Positions 41,583 through 55,271 of a stretch of DNA of 64,000 nt are shown here, piece by piece. A program made the position numbers and the translations under genes. The notes beneath the pieces are model-generated. The model did not search any database. It saw nothing but the letters and a program-made list of their open reading frames with translations, and was not told where the DNA came from. Location of the stretch: the NCBI GenBank assembly GCA_002189035.1, contig CM007990.1:5456001-5520000 (forward strand), written 5' to 3'. The first letter of the stretch is position 1. Each line of letters starts with the position of its first letter. The DNA comes from Utricularia gibba. Taxonomy: Eukaryota; Plantae; Magnoliophyta.

Positions 41583-43849
41583 ATGAAATGGTTAAGCTTG
41601 CTTTTCAAAGGTGGAGCTGGCAAAAAGGAAACCCAAACAGGTAGCCAGCATCCTCTATCCTTCGGTGATGGGAATAGAGTACGGCATGCACCCATTAGAT
41701 CCTTGGTAATGTCCTTTAACATCTACATGTTTGATTGCTTACTGCTGCATCTGTTTAAGCAATGTCTTTTGAGTTCTGATCACGCTTATGGAAATCTTCG
41801 GCTTATGGTTCAACCAGAAGCTGCATCAAATATGTTCTCATCTCTGAATTGATTGCTCAATGTAATCAGGATGATAGGTCTCTGGCCAGTAAAGAAAAAG
41901 AAGAACTGGATCGTGCGATTGCACTGTCTCTGGCTGAGGGATCTAACAACCCAAATGGTACATTTTCTTTCTGCTTCGTTATTAGAAGAAATCCGCTTCA
42001 TTTCAAATCTGTTTCAGGATACAAATGGAGGAGACCAGATATCGATGAAGACTCGGCAAGGAAACTTCATGATGTGTTGAACTCCGCGCCATTTCTCCCA
42101 CCATGCCCACCTAGAGATCATTATTCTAGAAGCCAGAGGTACTTCCATTCCGTACGTGCTGCCACTTCAAAGTATAGAGCCCATCTTCTGAAATATTTAT
42201 GCAGAGTATGTGCCGGCTGTAAGCTAGGAATCGGGCATGGGAACTATTTGGGGTGTATGGGAATGTTCTTCCACCCACAGTGCTTCTGTTGTCATGCCTG
42301 TGGCTACCCCATCACAGAAGGAGAGGTCAGCCAGCCCTTGTGCTGATAACTACAATTTCACTGCTTGCTCAGCTTTGTTTCCTGGTTTTTTTTTTTTTTT
42401 TCAGTTCTCTTTGTTAAACCAAAAGACTTACCACAAATCTTGCTTCAAGGAGCTTACGCATCCCAAATGTGAAGTCTGCAATCAGTTCGTATGTGATCTT
42501 GACTCGAGTTTCGAATTCCAGGAGCCTTCTTAATGCTCATCTTTTTCACCCTTCTGCTAACAATACACAGATCCCTACCAACAGAGCCGGTTTGATCGAG
42601 TACCGGTGTCACCCATTTTGGTCACAGAGGTACTGCCCTTGTCATGAACATGACAACACTGCCAGATGCTGTAGCTGTGAGCGGTTAGAGGTACACATTT
42701 GCAGCATCCTGTGCAGCTATGCACTTCCATCTTCATGTTACTGAAGTCCTGTTTTAGTCATGGAATGCGAGGTATATCTCATTGGGAGATGGAAGAAGCA
42801 TATGTCTGGAGTGCATGGAGTCCGCCATCATGGATACCGGCGACTGTCAGCCGCTGTACCACGCGATCCGGGACTACTACGAAGGACTGAACATGCGAAT
42901 CGATCAGCAGATCCCGATGCTCCTTGTGGAAAGACCGGCCCTCAACGAGGCCATCGAAGGCGAGAAACATGTAAGACTCATCCCTGATCAACACTGAAAA
43001 TGCTTGTTATCTTGTCTTCAACTCTGGAGATTGTTGCAATCACAGGGGTTCCATCACATGCCGGAGACCAGAGGCCTCTGTCTCTCAGAAGAGCAGACGG
43101 TTACCACTGTAAGAGCTCTTTCCTCCTCCTTTTCCTTTCCTTGCTTTTTGTTGAAGATGCAATACATTTGGACATGGGTCTGTCCAGGTACTCAGAAGAC
43201 CGAGGATAGAACGCCGGGGGCTCGTCGGACTCCGAACACAACCTTACAAACTGATCAGGAGGTGTGAAGTTACAGCCATTCTGGTGCTATACGGCCTCCC
43301 AAGGTAACCACCTGTAACTACAGTCTTTCCCCTGTACTGAAGTGTAATTTTCACATGGGATCAAGTGAAGTAAAGCATGGCATCTGCAGATTGCTAACGG
43401 GTGCCATCCTTGCACACGAGTTGATGCATGGGTGGCTGCGCCTCAACGGTAATCACCATGCCCCCTTCCTCCATTTTCTTTCTTCCCCTTTTACCGCAAT
43501 GCCGATGCGTGCAGGGTTCAGGAACCTGCGGCCGGAGGTGGAAGAAGGCATATGCCAAGTTCTGTCACACATGTGGCTCGAATCGGAGGTCATCTCGGAA
43601 GCCCAACCGTCCCCGCACCAAGCATCGTCTTCCACATCTCGGCCGCAATCCTCGAAGAAAGGCGGGAAATCCCTGGCGGAGAATAAGCTAGGAAAATTCT
43701 TCATCCATCAGATAGCTCACGACGCCTCCCCGGCTTACGGAGGAGGGTACCGTTCCGCCATGGCCGCCGTCAACGTGTACGGCCTTCGCCGAACTTTGGA
43801 CCACATCCGTTTAACCGGAAGTTTTCCGGTGATCAACTCGTCGGAGTGA
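41583..43849 (+). CDS. DAR2: DA1-related protein 2 (UIM-like, LIM, peptidase)
   Basis: [11 protein letters not shown]; [13 protein letters not shown]; LIM CAGC...[10 protein letters not shown]; YRCHPFW; [10 protein letters not shown]; [11 protein letters not shown]; EEGICQV; [16 protein letters not shown]. An additional upstream exon is possible. Confidence 0.92.
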
Positions 43850-45307
43850 CCAGCCGTCCTCCTCTTACACACCCCTAGAACACCGCAGTAGTCCATAAGA
43901 TACCAAAAGAAGCTGCCGCTACTGCTCGGCTCTCACTCCAACTCCATCAGAAGAATATTTCATTATTTTTAATTACCATATTTCATTTACTTGGACATTT
44001 TCTCTTCTTTTTTCCCCGATTATTTATTTCATAATATTCTTGATGCCAACTCAAATGTCACTACTGCCCTCCAGCCATATCACAAAAAATCTAAAGTCGC
44101 GCTCCTTTTTGTTTTCCACGTGGCACATCTTAATCCATTTTTAAAGTTTTTGAATAAAAAAATGTCAGTGGGCCCCGGCCAGACCTCCCAGTCAAATTCA
44201 GTCCATTTCAAGTTTTTGACGTAATCGGTCCCTTTTTTAAATTCATAAAAATTGTCTCGATTTTACCATTGTAGATTAATTTTATCTAAATATTAAATAT
44301 TAATATTTTGTAATGTATTTTGGAATGTAATTTATTTCGGTGGGCTCCAGCAATGATTAGACCCGATTCCGTTGCAAAAGAATGAGTCGGAGCTCCAATC
44401 CCTTTCCCGAAGTGCAGTCATGGGCCATCCTGCTTAGAACACCGCCGCGGCTGCTGCAGAAACCAGTGGGCGGCGTTGCATCGGAGGAGGAGGACGGCGG
44501 CCGGCTCAGTGGACAACAAACTTCCCACGCTTCTGCTGCTCCGGCGAAATGAAATGAAACCCAGGTGGAGGAATGGGCGTGCTTCCAACACAGATGACAC
44601 CAAACCCCATGTTCGCTCGCTGGACAGCACCAGAGCAGAGCAGAGCAGACCCCATGCACGACACAGGATTTGGAGAATGCTACACGAATCCCTCCAGAAG
44701 GAGGTCGTGGGCTCCTCTGGTATGGCTTCCAAACTACTGCACTGCACAGTGTGGTGCTGAAACAACACAGAGATGGCATTTTTTAAAGCGCAACACAACT
44801 CCTTTGTGTCTGGAAAGGAGCACTTGCTCCCTCTTCTAGTGGACTCGCAGCAACAAAAAGTCTCCATCTTTATAGCTCGATGCAATTGGGTTTAGTGGCC
44901 TATTAAATAATCTTCTAGTCATTATGATGATAATCATTTTTTATTATTACCATCCCATCCCAATCTCCTTAAAGTTGTTCTGTCCAAATAATTTAAATTT
45001 CTAATTTTAATAATATTTTTAGATAATGTCATTTGACACCACTAATAATTGAGAGGCATGCTCTAACTTTTTGTAATACACAAATAATTGTGAAAATACA
45101 TATTTTTATTTAAGGGAATCTGTCTCGTTCTTTATTTTTTATTTAAATTCAAAAGAAGTTTTTTTTTTATAAAAAATATGATTTTCTAAAAGAAGAAAGA
45201 AATAATTGCATCATGCACATAGCTAAATGGCTATTTATATAGAACCTGGTGGCAGGCTTCAGGCTGCACTTCACTCAGCTCTGGTGGCTCGGAGGAAAGC
45301 GAAGGGA

Positions 45308-46203
45308 ATGGAGAAACAACAGCAAGGATCGGGAGCATCGCCATCGCCCGCCGTAGATCTGTTTGGAGCCAAGCCTGCGTCTTCTGCTACGAGCTTCTTT
45401 GGGTCAATCTTCGATCCTCCATCGGTACCTACACCTCCTGCTTTCTCCATCCTCCATCACTCGTTTTGTTTCTACTTAAGCGAGCTCATGGTTCCATCCG
45501 AACTTGATCGCCTCGTCGCTTGTTTTGATGGAAACACTGGTTTTCTGGTTTTCTGCATTTGAGGAACAACACCATGCACTATGATTTCATTATCATTAGG
45601 TCCAGCTGTCCGCTTTTAGATACCATGATGTGTGTCTAAATCTACGTATATGTCTTTTTTGTTTATCGGTATTATTATTTTATTTTTGGAAATGGGGTAT
45701 TTCAGGTGACGGGGAGAGGCACAGCATCAGGTACTTGGGCAAAGTTGCTTTAAGACACACTTCACTTGGTAGCTTCGGAACCTAATAAAAATTAGGATTT
45801 ATTAATCATTATTATCGTGGTAGATTGCTTTAGAATGTGGAAGAAGGGGAATGAGGTAAAGAATGGTGATTGTGAGAAGGAAAAAGTTGGCCATTGTTGG
45901 TACTTCCACAGCTCATCCATCTTCTATGGTGGCAGAGAAGTTTATCCCGTCTCAAATCCCAACATTGCGCTCCCACACCACACAGTAACCTCTCTGTTTC
46001 TCATTCTACTCCATTTATATCCCTTGGTAAGTAACTATCAAACTTCGCAGGTGCCCCAAGATGAGAGTGATTCTGAGTATGCCTCTAGAGGCAATTGGTG
46101 GAAGGGTATGGCTCTTTGTGGTTTAGTTCAGTTTCGAATCCGTTTCATGTGTTTTTGAGATCTTGTACAACTGAAAACTTGGGCAGGATCACTCTACTAC
46201 TAA
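45308..46203 (+). CDS. Uncharacterised plant protein (PTHR33738-type, C-terminal SRGNWWxGSLYY), 5 exons
   Basis: MEKQQQGSG...DLFG...FFGSIFDPPS; SSSIFYGGREVY; YASRGNWWK|GSLYY*. Confidence 0.85.
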
Positions 46204-46670
46204 GGCTCTCTGTGTGTCTTCTCTCAAGTAGTACTCAAGGGTAATGTAGATTTCATCATATCTGTACATATGAGTCCACAACTGCTCATTTTGTTGCTCG
46301 TTTTCTTCAGGGGTTCCAAGAAATGCCAACTACTAGTGTTGTGTGTGCGCGCTTTTGCTTGTTGTAACAGAACAATACGAAGACAAGAAGTTCCCACCTT
46401 GTTGTGATCTGTCAAACCACTTAATGAGAACTTGAGTTTCAATCCAATCGGCCTGTTTGATCAGATTTTCGATATCTAGATATAAAAAAAGCAAGAAGTG
46501 GGGTAAGTAGAAACGTATGAAGATGAGAGCTAGTAGTAATTAAGGAATGTGTCTGTCAGGAGTATGAGTAAAGGCGCCTACTGTGCTACTTGGCAAGTAT
46601 TGAAACCACCAACTACATAAAAAAGAAACTACATAGGGTGCTTTTGTTAGAAAGTGGCAGTTTCCCTTGT

Positions 46671-48820
46671 TCAGCTGATAATCTTGGCCTTTGTATCGTG
46701 GCTAAGGTAGCTTGTGAGCGCCTTCTTGACTCCAAAGCCAGGGCGAGGAGGCTTGCTACTGAAACTTTTTGTTGGGGTGCCTGAGCCAGGCACTGTATCT
46801 GAGCTGCTATTCTTCTTGTTCACTTGGGTTACAGATAATAAGACCTTCTCTGGTTTCCGGCTTATGTCGTCCACATACAAAACATCCTCAATGCGAGCCA
46901 CAATGCTGAATGCCAAGCTCTCCAACACTCTTGAGTAGCTTTCAAGAATGGCCTTCCCCACATCCTGTGTCAATGAAACAAGAACTTCTGAGTGAGAATA
47001 GTGTGATGATGTACAGAGTAATGTGGATGGATGGATATCAACAACCTTGTTGCACTGTATTTTGATAATATCCAAGTTACTTTGTGACAGGTTTGGAAAT
47101 CTCTGCTTCAAGCAATGAAGCAGGCCTTCTGCTCTTTCAGCTAGAGCTTTGCCTTTGACCCCATTCATCATGAAATCCTGCAAAAGACCCCAAGATGAAG
47201 ACGACCTGTTCTGTTGCATCTCGGGTGCAGCTTCTGGGTGTTGTCTTCTCCATAACACGTATATAGCTGCCTCGAGGCGGTTAGCTATCTCAAGAGCAGC
47301 GTGCTCAGAGGCGGGATCAAGGCAATCAAGCAAGCATTCCGGGGAAAAGCCTTCAGATGTGAAGTATCGATAGATAACTTCACCAAGACATGCTCTCCCA
47401 GTCTGATTCCAGCCAATGAAAACAAGTTATGCAAAGGGAAGAGTTTTAGATAAAACCAGATTCACTCAAACCTTGGGAAGAGTTTCGAGGTAGGATGCAG
47501 GAACTTCCATTTCAGACAAAACAGCGCTGTTTATGGAAGAAGCAGCCTTGAGAATCTGGCTTGTGGACTCACGCTTATGACACAACTTCTTTCTTGTTGA
47601 CTCAGAAAGGCCATCAGGGGGACTCGAGGTAAAGGTAGCCACCACTTTTCTTTTTCACGTGGAGTTGATTTACCCGATCCATCTGTTTCTGGTGTAGCAG
47701 CTACAATCCCTTGATCAACATACCAAAATTCTGTATCGGCAAATCCATCAAGCACTTCCTGTGAAAGAAATGCCATAAGAACCAATGAGCAACAAGGTGC
47801 ATTAGAACAAAATGTGCATCTGTCATTGATTTCTTACAAGTAGCATGTTGTCAAGTTTGCAAAGAGCCGGCAGATTAATGGCCAGATCTGATCTGGGGCG
47901 GCATGTCATTACCTGCAAAGCGCATTTCAAGTTCAAGTGGGGAGGAACAGTGGCAAATTGAAGCCTGAAGAAACTGAAACAAACTTGCCTCAAGTGTACC
48001 ACCATCAGGAAAAGTTTGCAATGTGGGTACAAACTCAATGATAAAATCACTGACTGAAAGAAGCCATTTCATCTCTCTTTGCCACATTGCCTTCTTTCCA
48101 GAAGCCAGCGGTTCCAATCTCCACAATTGACCAAACACAGTAGCTACACGTAAGGGTCATACAGATCCATCAACACACCATACAGCACAGAGAACAAAAA
48201 GAAAAGAAAAAAAAATTGAAAAAAGCACTTTCGTCTTAATTCACAAGATTCCAGCAGTTATTAATCAGAAGAAATACATGAGTATGGATAGAGAGCCTTC
48301 TAACCGCACAGATTAGTTACGGCGTTTGAAATCGTCAGTGCTGAACAAACCCCTTCCCCACCTCCAGACATATCTTCACCAAGCAAAAGCTTTGCAAATC
48401 GCTCTTTCATCATCTCCAACTCTGTGAGATATCATCCTCAGTTGTCATCATTATCTCTAAAGAAAGAAATTGCGGAAAATAAAGGAACGAAACTCTGACT
48501 AGTTCAATTTTTAGGCTGAAAAACTGAAGCTGGGAGGTTGTAAAAACAGTTAAACATCATTAAGTACCTGAAGCTTTGTCAGTCTGCTTTAACAAGGAGT
48601 CATCCTCTGAGCTCAAACAAGATCCACCTTTTCCACTCCCCACAGAGACACAACTTGGAGCATCCCCTCTAACCCAAACGGACCGACCAAAACAAGAATG
48701 GTCAGAGCTCGATCTACTCATGCTCCCGCTTCCCTGAACCGAATCCATCATAGATTCACCGCTAATCGACTCGCACCCATCTTTCTCAACGCTCTTCTCA
48801 GCAAGATTCTCACTTTCCAT
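46671..48820 (-). CDS. ROPGEF: Rop guanine nucleotide exchange factor (PRONE), RopGEF5-like; apparent 1-nt frameshift at 47617-47621
   Basis: [18 protein letters not shown]; FGQLWRLEP; [19 protein letters not shown]; EFWYVDQG; [10 protein letters not shown]; [25 protein letters not shown]. Confidence 0.93.
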
Positions 48821-50458
48821 ACGAACACAAGCCAAAATAATGAAATGCTCAGACACGGGGACCTAATTCGAAAATGGGTTGCCTCATAAAACAAAATTGC
48901 ACTGAAATATCAAATCCCAATAAGCTCAAAAGGTGCATAGAGAGGGAAAAGATAAACACAACGAACACAAAACCAGCTCTTTCCCAAACGAGCTACTGGA
49001 ACCAGAGTGAAGTGGGTTTATGCATTGTGGTTCGTGTTCTGTGCAGCAAGAATTCAGGCAGCAAATGTTCAACCAACGTCCATTTATTTACACGTGAATG
49101 CCCCCACCCCCATTCAAAAAATCCATGGCGGCCATATCGTGAGGGCAACTAAAATGGGGCATGCTTTTGTTGAATATTACAGTTCTGCCATTCCTGGTCC
49201 TGTGTACCGTTGAAGTGGAGGCAACTTTCCAAATTTGAATTTCTTTTTTTTTTCCATTTCCGATATATTATTATTTTTTTAACTGAATGGATTCCTTAGA
49301 TGGAATTCTCGTATTATTAATTCAATGATTTTCTATATTTGTGTTATTTTAACGAAATTAAAAACAAAAAAAAAAACGTTTTAGTGGGCTGGACCGAGAA
49401 GAAATTGGACAGGTGGCTCCGAAGCCCAAAGCCCAATAATAGCTACTTTTAGGCTAATTAAATGAGCAATTAAAACGGGTAGCCCGAAAAGGTTGTTGGG
49501 CTGGCCCATGGGGAAGAAAACGGCGATTTTTTTTTTCTTTTTCCGGCGGTCAACAGTGTGTCCGGCTGCGATCGGGAAGGCTGTTTGGATTGGAAGATGG
49601 GAGTTTTTTACTGCTAAATTGACATGATTTAGATTTCAAAAATGCCAGATTCAACGTTTTCATGAAGTATCTGCAGCTTTTTTGCTATGAAGACACGTTG
49701 TGCGTGGTGGAGGGAAGCCGGGCCCGCCTGGATTGGGGCATGATTGTCCACAAGCCACCCAATTAGCGTGAGTGATACGAAAGCAGAGGAAAACTTCAGT
49801 AGTGTATCTATATATTCACAGCAAAGTTATGATCTTATCTTCTGCCGCTTATTGCGTCTCCCCAGCTCAATTCTCAGGGAATCGTCAGTCAAAAGTTTGA
49901 GTTTCTTGAAAAGGAGCGGAATCAAACATCTGGTTTATGGGCCTCAAGTAAATGATCGATCTTTTCCCTTTTCAGCCTCTTCATGACCTTGTATCATGGT
50001 TGTGCTTCTTGATCCGCTTGATTGGGATGTTGGTTCATTATTTCACGCTTGTTTTTTGAGTCAGAATTACTTTTGTCCCACATTTAATGTCCTGATGATA
50101 TGTTATGAGGTAGCATACATGAGGTACTGTAGCTAAAAAGGTTATAGTTTTTCTTTGTCTAGTGTGATCCTCTGTTCATGATTTATTTCTTAAAATTTGG
50201 TTTTCTTGTGATCTTTTTCTGTTTTGATCTATCTGAGAAGAGCTCTGTTTCATACATCTGCAATCTTAACTGAATTCCACATAAAGCTTTGATCCACTTG
50301 AAGTTCCAGCTTCTACATTGTTACTGATCTTGTGGTCTTCACTGCTCAGATGACTTAGTGGGATACAATTCGAGTTTAAGAAACACACCTTTCAGAGTTT
50401 AGGGAGAAGAGAAAGGTTATCCAGAGTAGAGCCCCCGTGTCAGGTTGCATTCACAAGT

Positions 50459-52032
50459 ATGTGGTCTATACATATGGTCCTGAACAGGCTTTTGAAAGCG
50501 GATGAAGAAAAATTCGATGTGGCAACTGAAAACCACTTGGAATTTGTTGATACCTGCAATAGCCAGCAATCGTCAGACCAAGACAACTGCACAGGCCCTT
50601 TTCGCTCGAACTTTGTCGAAGTAAGGCTTGCAATATTTTTTTGTTGCGGTTCTAGTTTCTTTCTCTGTAGTTTCAGATAACACCAACGTTTATTCATTGC
50701 GTTAGGTTCCTCATGTAAGCCAGCAATATTCGTGGGACTGTGGTCTTGCTTGTGTTTTAATGGTTTTGAGAACACTAGGCTTTTATGGATGCAACATTGG
50801 GGACCTCATAGAGCTCTGCTGTACAAAAAGGTGATTCTTTTGCTGAACACTAAACCTTTTTGACTGACGAGTTGTATAAGAAAGTATTCTCTTGTAATTT
50901 CTATCCACTAATCTTCTTTCCGTACATTTTTTTCCAGTATTTGGACGGTTGATTTAGCATATCTGCTGCAAAAATTTTCTGTAAACTTTACATACTGCAC
51001 AGTTACTTTTGGAGCGAACCCAAATTTTTCAATGGAGAGATTTTACAAGGTATATTTATCATCTTCTCTCAGAACATTTAATGTCTTGAATGTCCTAACA
51101 ACCTCCTTCAATGGTTTTCAGAGAACACATTTTGTTATTCGTCTATCTTCATTTTTCTTAGTGATCATTAGAGCTGAGCAGGAGCACTCTGAAGTGTTCT
51201 TGTGTGAATTTTTGTGATCTCCTCTTTTGTACTTTCAAAGGATCAGCTGCCTAATGATCTAGTGCGAGTGAATATGCTGTTCCAAGAAGCCCGTGAAGCA
51301 GGGATAAACATTGAGGTACATTTTCCCTTGTGCCTCACTGCTGACATCAGTTGTGCTGCCTGTATGTCTGTCACTGAAGTACTCGTCTAACAGTGCAGAT
51401 CAGTGAGTGCGAAGGAAATCTCCAACTCAGTTCTGTCTGGAAAATACATCGCCATTGCTCTTGTTGATCAATATAAACTAAGGTAAGCTGTGCCACCATC
51501 TCCATTCACAGATGCTGCGATTCCCTCAGCATAAGCTCCTTTAATTTCTTACCACATTTGCAGCAACTCCCAGCTAGAGAACCTCTATATGATGGACTTC
51601 ATCACCGGGAGCAGTGGCTACACCGGTAGGGGTGATGGCCGATGACATCTAGTGAATCTTCTTTTACTCCCCTGCAGCATTCTCATTGCTTTTGCAGGGC
51701 ATTACATTGTGATTTGTGGGTATGATGCTGCTACCGACGAATTCGAGATTCGAGACCCCGCGAGCTCCAGGTTCTCTCAATGCCTCCTCCCCCTTCCCAG
51801 AAAACCACTCCCTCCCTCACACTCATCACCTGTCACAACCCACCCTCAGGGCACATGAGAGAGTTACCTCACTGCGTTTAGATCAGGCGCGCAGATCCTT
51901 CGGTACAGATGAAGATCTCCTCCTGGTAAGCACACAAATCTTGATGGGGTGTTATAGAATTCACTGGCCAGGCTTCGTTTACATGAAGATCCCATGTTTC
52001 TGTGGGAGCAGATCTCTCTGGGTGATGACTAG
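50459..52032 (+). CDS. GC1: Guanylyl cyclase 1 / GUCD1-like protein
   Basis: VPHVSQQYSWDCGLACVLMVL; IWTVDLAYLL; GHYIVICGYDA; EIRDPAS; ARRSFGTDEDLLL|ISLGDD*. Confidence 0.9.
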
Positions 52033-52964
52033 GCAGGCGGCGTGAGCCCCCGCTGAACTCCATGGCGATGATGAAGCTCCCACCTTCACAGCAACATGAA
52101 AAGCTAACTTTCCATGTTGTTGGCAGTATATATGATATATTGACAACCCAATACCTTGATCGATCAAGATTTTAACATTTAAGAATCAAAAACAGAATCC
52201 TCGGAAATGTAATAATCATCCAACCCCACATGTCCTTACAAAGGCCCTTCAAGGTTTGAACATATAAGTGTGTTTTAACTATGTGATAAGAAGCATTTGA
52301 AATAAAGCGCATCAGAGGTTACAATTGCAATCATGGATATCATAAGACCGCCTAGGGATAGGGATCGCGGAACCAGACAGACACGTGCTGCCGCAGCATT
52401 GCTTCGTTCCATGCCATGTGGTACACGTGCGCCTTAGAGGGAGGGAGGGAGGGGCCGATGCCGACCGCATCTAAAACGCGACCGACCTCGGCCCGTCTTC
52501 TCGCCATGGATAAGCACGCCTAGGAATTGAGCATGTCGGCCCAAATTAAATATTTCAATAATTAATCACACGCTTTTCCACGTCATCACACACCCCCGCC
52601 CTAAATTCCATTCTAAAAAGCCCACTATTTTATTTATTTATTTATAATAAATAATACTGTTACAAACCCATGCGCTCCCTTCAGAGGAGGGTGGAAGTTA
52701 CCACCCATTTATAGATGGGATGCGCCTACAATGGCTCAGCCGCCCCTAGACGTGCATTTAGCATGTTTTTCCGGAAAAATTAATATACATTATCTGAATT
52801 ATCGAATATATGTTAGTACAAATAAAAAAAATAAAAAAAAATTCATGATGATACACGACTCTATCAAACGGTTACGTCCTGCTTTTGCCCGCTTTTTTTA
52901 TTCACTTATTTATAGGCCTCGCTCCGTGGCCTTGGAAGGAAGTCGGGGGGTTGTCGTCGAGGGG

Positions 52965-54542
52965 ATGAAACGGCGACGTTTGGTTGTGTTCCCAGTGCCT
53001 TTCCAAGGCCACGTAAACCCGATGATTCAGCTCGCGAGAATCCTCCACTCCGCCGGGGATTCGCCGTTTCGGTGATACACACCGCACATAATTTCCAAAA
53101 TCCGGCAGACTACCCCTCCGATTTCACCTTCCACCGCATCGACGACGGCGCCACGGGTTCAGCCCCCGCCCTAGATACTTCAGATCTCATGGTGCTCCTC
53201 AAAGGCCTGATGCGAAGTTGCGAGGAGCCGTTCCGCCGCTGCCTGAGGGAGCTACTGTCCGCCGCCGAGGCAGATGGAGAGACGGTGGTCTGTGTAATTA
53301 CCGACTCCGTTTGGTCGTTCGCGCAGTCCGTTACGGCGGAGCTTCGGGTCCCCAGGCTGGTGCTTCGGACGAGCAGCGCCGCCTCATTGGTCGCCTTTCA
53401 CGCTGTGAGACAGCTAAGGGATCAGGGATACTACCACCACATGGGTACGTGCAGTACGACACAAGCTTTGTTTTTTAATTCTTATTTTCATTTATTAAAA
53501 GTATATTCCCCCTGATTCTACCATTCGTTTGTCACGTACGGCGATAAATACTAAAATATATTTTCCTTTTTCTTTTTTTTTATCAGAATCCAAAATGGAG
53601 GACACGATCCAGGGGCTAGAGCCTCTGAGAGTAAAAGACATTCCTACCCTCCAGAACGTAAACCCAGACGACCTAGTGGAGGCGGTGTCCAACATCATGG
53701 CGGCCACCAGCGACGCCGCCGCCCTCATTCTCAACACCTTCCAAGAGCTGGAACCCTTCGACCTTCCCAGGCTCCACGCCCGCTTCCATCTCCCCGTCTT
53801 CCTCATCGGCCCCTTCCACAAACGCTTCTCGGCGGCCGCCAGCACCTTGCTCGCCCACGACCCGACCTCCATCTCCTGGCTCGACCAACAACCCCTAGAT
53901 CCGTCCTCTACGTCAGCTTCGGTAGCATCGCGGCGATGGAACCCAGCGACGTCACCATTATCGCATCCGCGCTGGCCCAATCCAACCACAAGTTCCTGTG
54001 GGCGATCAGACCCGGATCGGTACACCGACCCATTTTCATCCTCAGATTGAACTGGTATTTGAAGACTAAAATAATACGTTTTTGGATGCTTTTAGGTGCG
54101 AGGATCGGAGTGGCTTGAGGCGCTGGAGGAGCAAATTCTTAGTGGGTGCAGAGAAAGGAGCCACATCGTGAAATGGGCGCCTCAGCAACAAGTGCTATCG
54201 CATCCTGCAGTGGGAGGTTTCTGGACACACGGGGGGTGGAACTCCACTCTGGAGAGCATTTGCGAAGGAGTTCCGATGATCTGTTCGCCGTTCTTCGGAG
54301 ACCAAATGGGGAACTCGAGATACGTGAGCGATGTCTGGAAGGTGGGGATCCGACTGGAGAATGGGTTCGTGAAGGAGGACATCGTGAGTGCGATCACAAG
54401 GCTGATGGGTGAGGAAGAAGGTGAAGAGATGAGAAGAAGAGCCGTCCGTCTGAAGGAGAAAACGGACATTTGCTTCATCCCCGGTGGGTCCTCCCACCAA
54501 GCTCTTGATCGCCTGCTCAAATTCATGTCGTCGCTCAATTAA
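52965..54542 (+). CDS. UDP-glycosyltransferase, UGT76-like, 3 exons; two apparent 1-nt frameshifts (53055-53058, 53892-53895)
   Basis: RRLVVFPVPFQGHVNPMIQLA; PSPG box WAPQQQVLSHPAVGGFWTHGGWNSTLESICEGVPMICSPFFGDQ; GGSSHQALDRL. Confidence 0.92.
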
Positions 54543-54617
54543 TTAATTAATTGATGCTTTTAAATTGCAAATAAATGTTTTTTTAATTTATTAAAAAAAA
54601 AAAAAAAAAACCTCCAT

Positions 54618-54732
54618 TTCCAGAAGGCTCCGTTGCTTTCCCGAATGTCTCCCCGAAGCTCTATACATGCTTGCGGTTCGCTTCTGGAGACTTCAAGAAG
54701 AACCGGGTTTTCTCAAAACGCTCCTATAAATG
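54618..54732 (+). promoter_or_regulatory. Heat-shock elements and TATA box of the sHSP gene
   Basis: TTCCAGAA (~54618), TTCTGGAGACTTCAAGAA (~54682-54699), CTATAAAT (~54725). Confidence 0.75.
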
Positions 54733-54809
54733 CCTCTGCAACTTGGAGTGCTAATCGTTGCATCGAGCAATTTCTAGGGTTTTTCAAGTGACTGAAGCAT
54801 TTGAAGGTG

Positions 54810-55271
54810 ATGTCTCTGATTCCGAGCTTCTTCGGTAGCCGCCGCAGCAACATCTTCGACCCGTTCTCGCTCGACGTCTGGGACCCCTGGGAAGGTTTCC
54901 GTGAGATCGCGAATGTTCCGTCGGAGACAACCGCTATCGCCAACGCGCGAATTGACTGGAGGGAGACGGCGGATGCCCACGTCTTCAAGGTGGATGTGCC
55001 GGGGCTGAAGAAGGAGGAGGTTAAGGTGGAGGTGGAGGACGGGACGATTCTGCAGATCAGTGGTGAGAGGAGCAAGGAGCAGGAGGAGAAGAACGATAGG
55101 TGGCACCGTGTGGAGAGGAGCAGCGGAAAATTCCTCCGCCGTTTCAGGCTGCCGGAGAACGCGAAGCTGGATCACGTGAAAGCGGCGATGGAGAACGGGG
55201 TGCTCACTGTTACGGTGCCCAAGGAGGACGTCAGGAAGACGGAGGTTAAAGCTATCGACATCTCCGGCTAG
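54810..55271 (+). CDS. HSP17: Cytosolic class I small heat-shock protein (HSP17.x), intronless
   Basis: [26 protein letters not shown]; [29 protein letters not shown]; [18 protein letters not shown]; [14 protein letters not shown]. Confidence 0.97.
   Translation: MSLIPSFFGSRRSNIFDPFSLDVWDPWEGFREIANVPSETTAIANARIDWRETADAHVFKVDVPGLKKEEVKVEVEDGTILQISGERSKEQEEKNDRWHRVERSSGKFLRRFRLPENAKLDHVKAAMENGVLTVTVPKEDVRKTEVKAIDISG

Noticed and set aside
45227-45307. Upstream in-frame ATG extension of the PTHR33738-type gene
   Set aside because: It overlaps the likely TATA box (CTATTTATATAG), so it is probably not transcribed.
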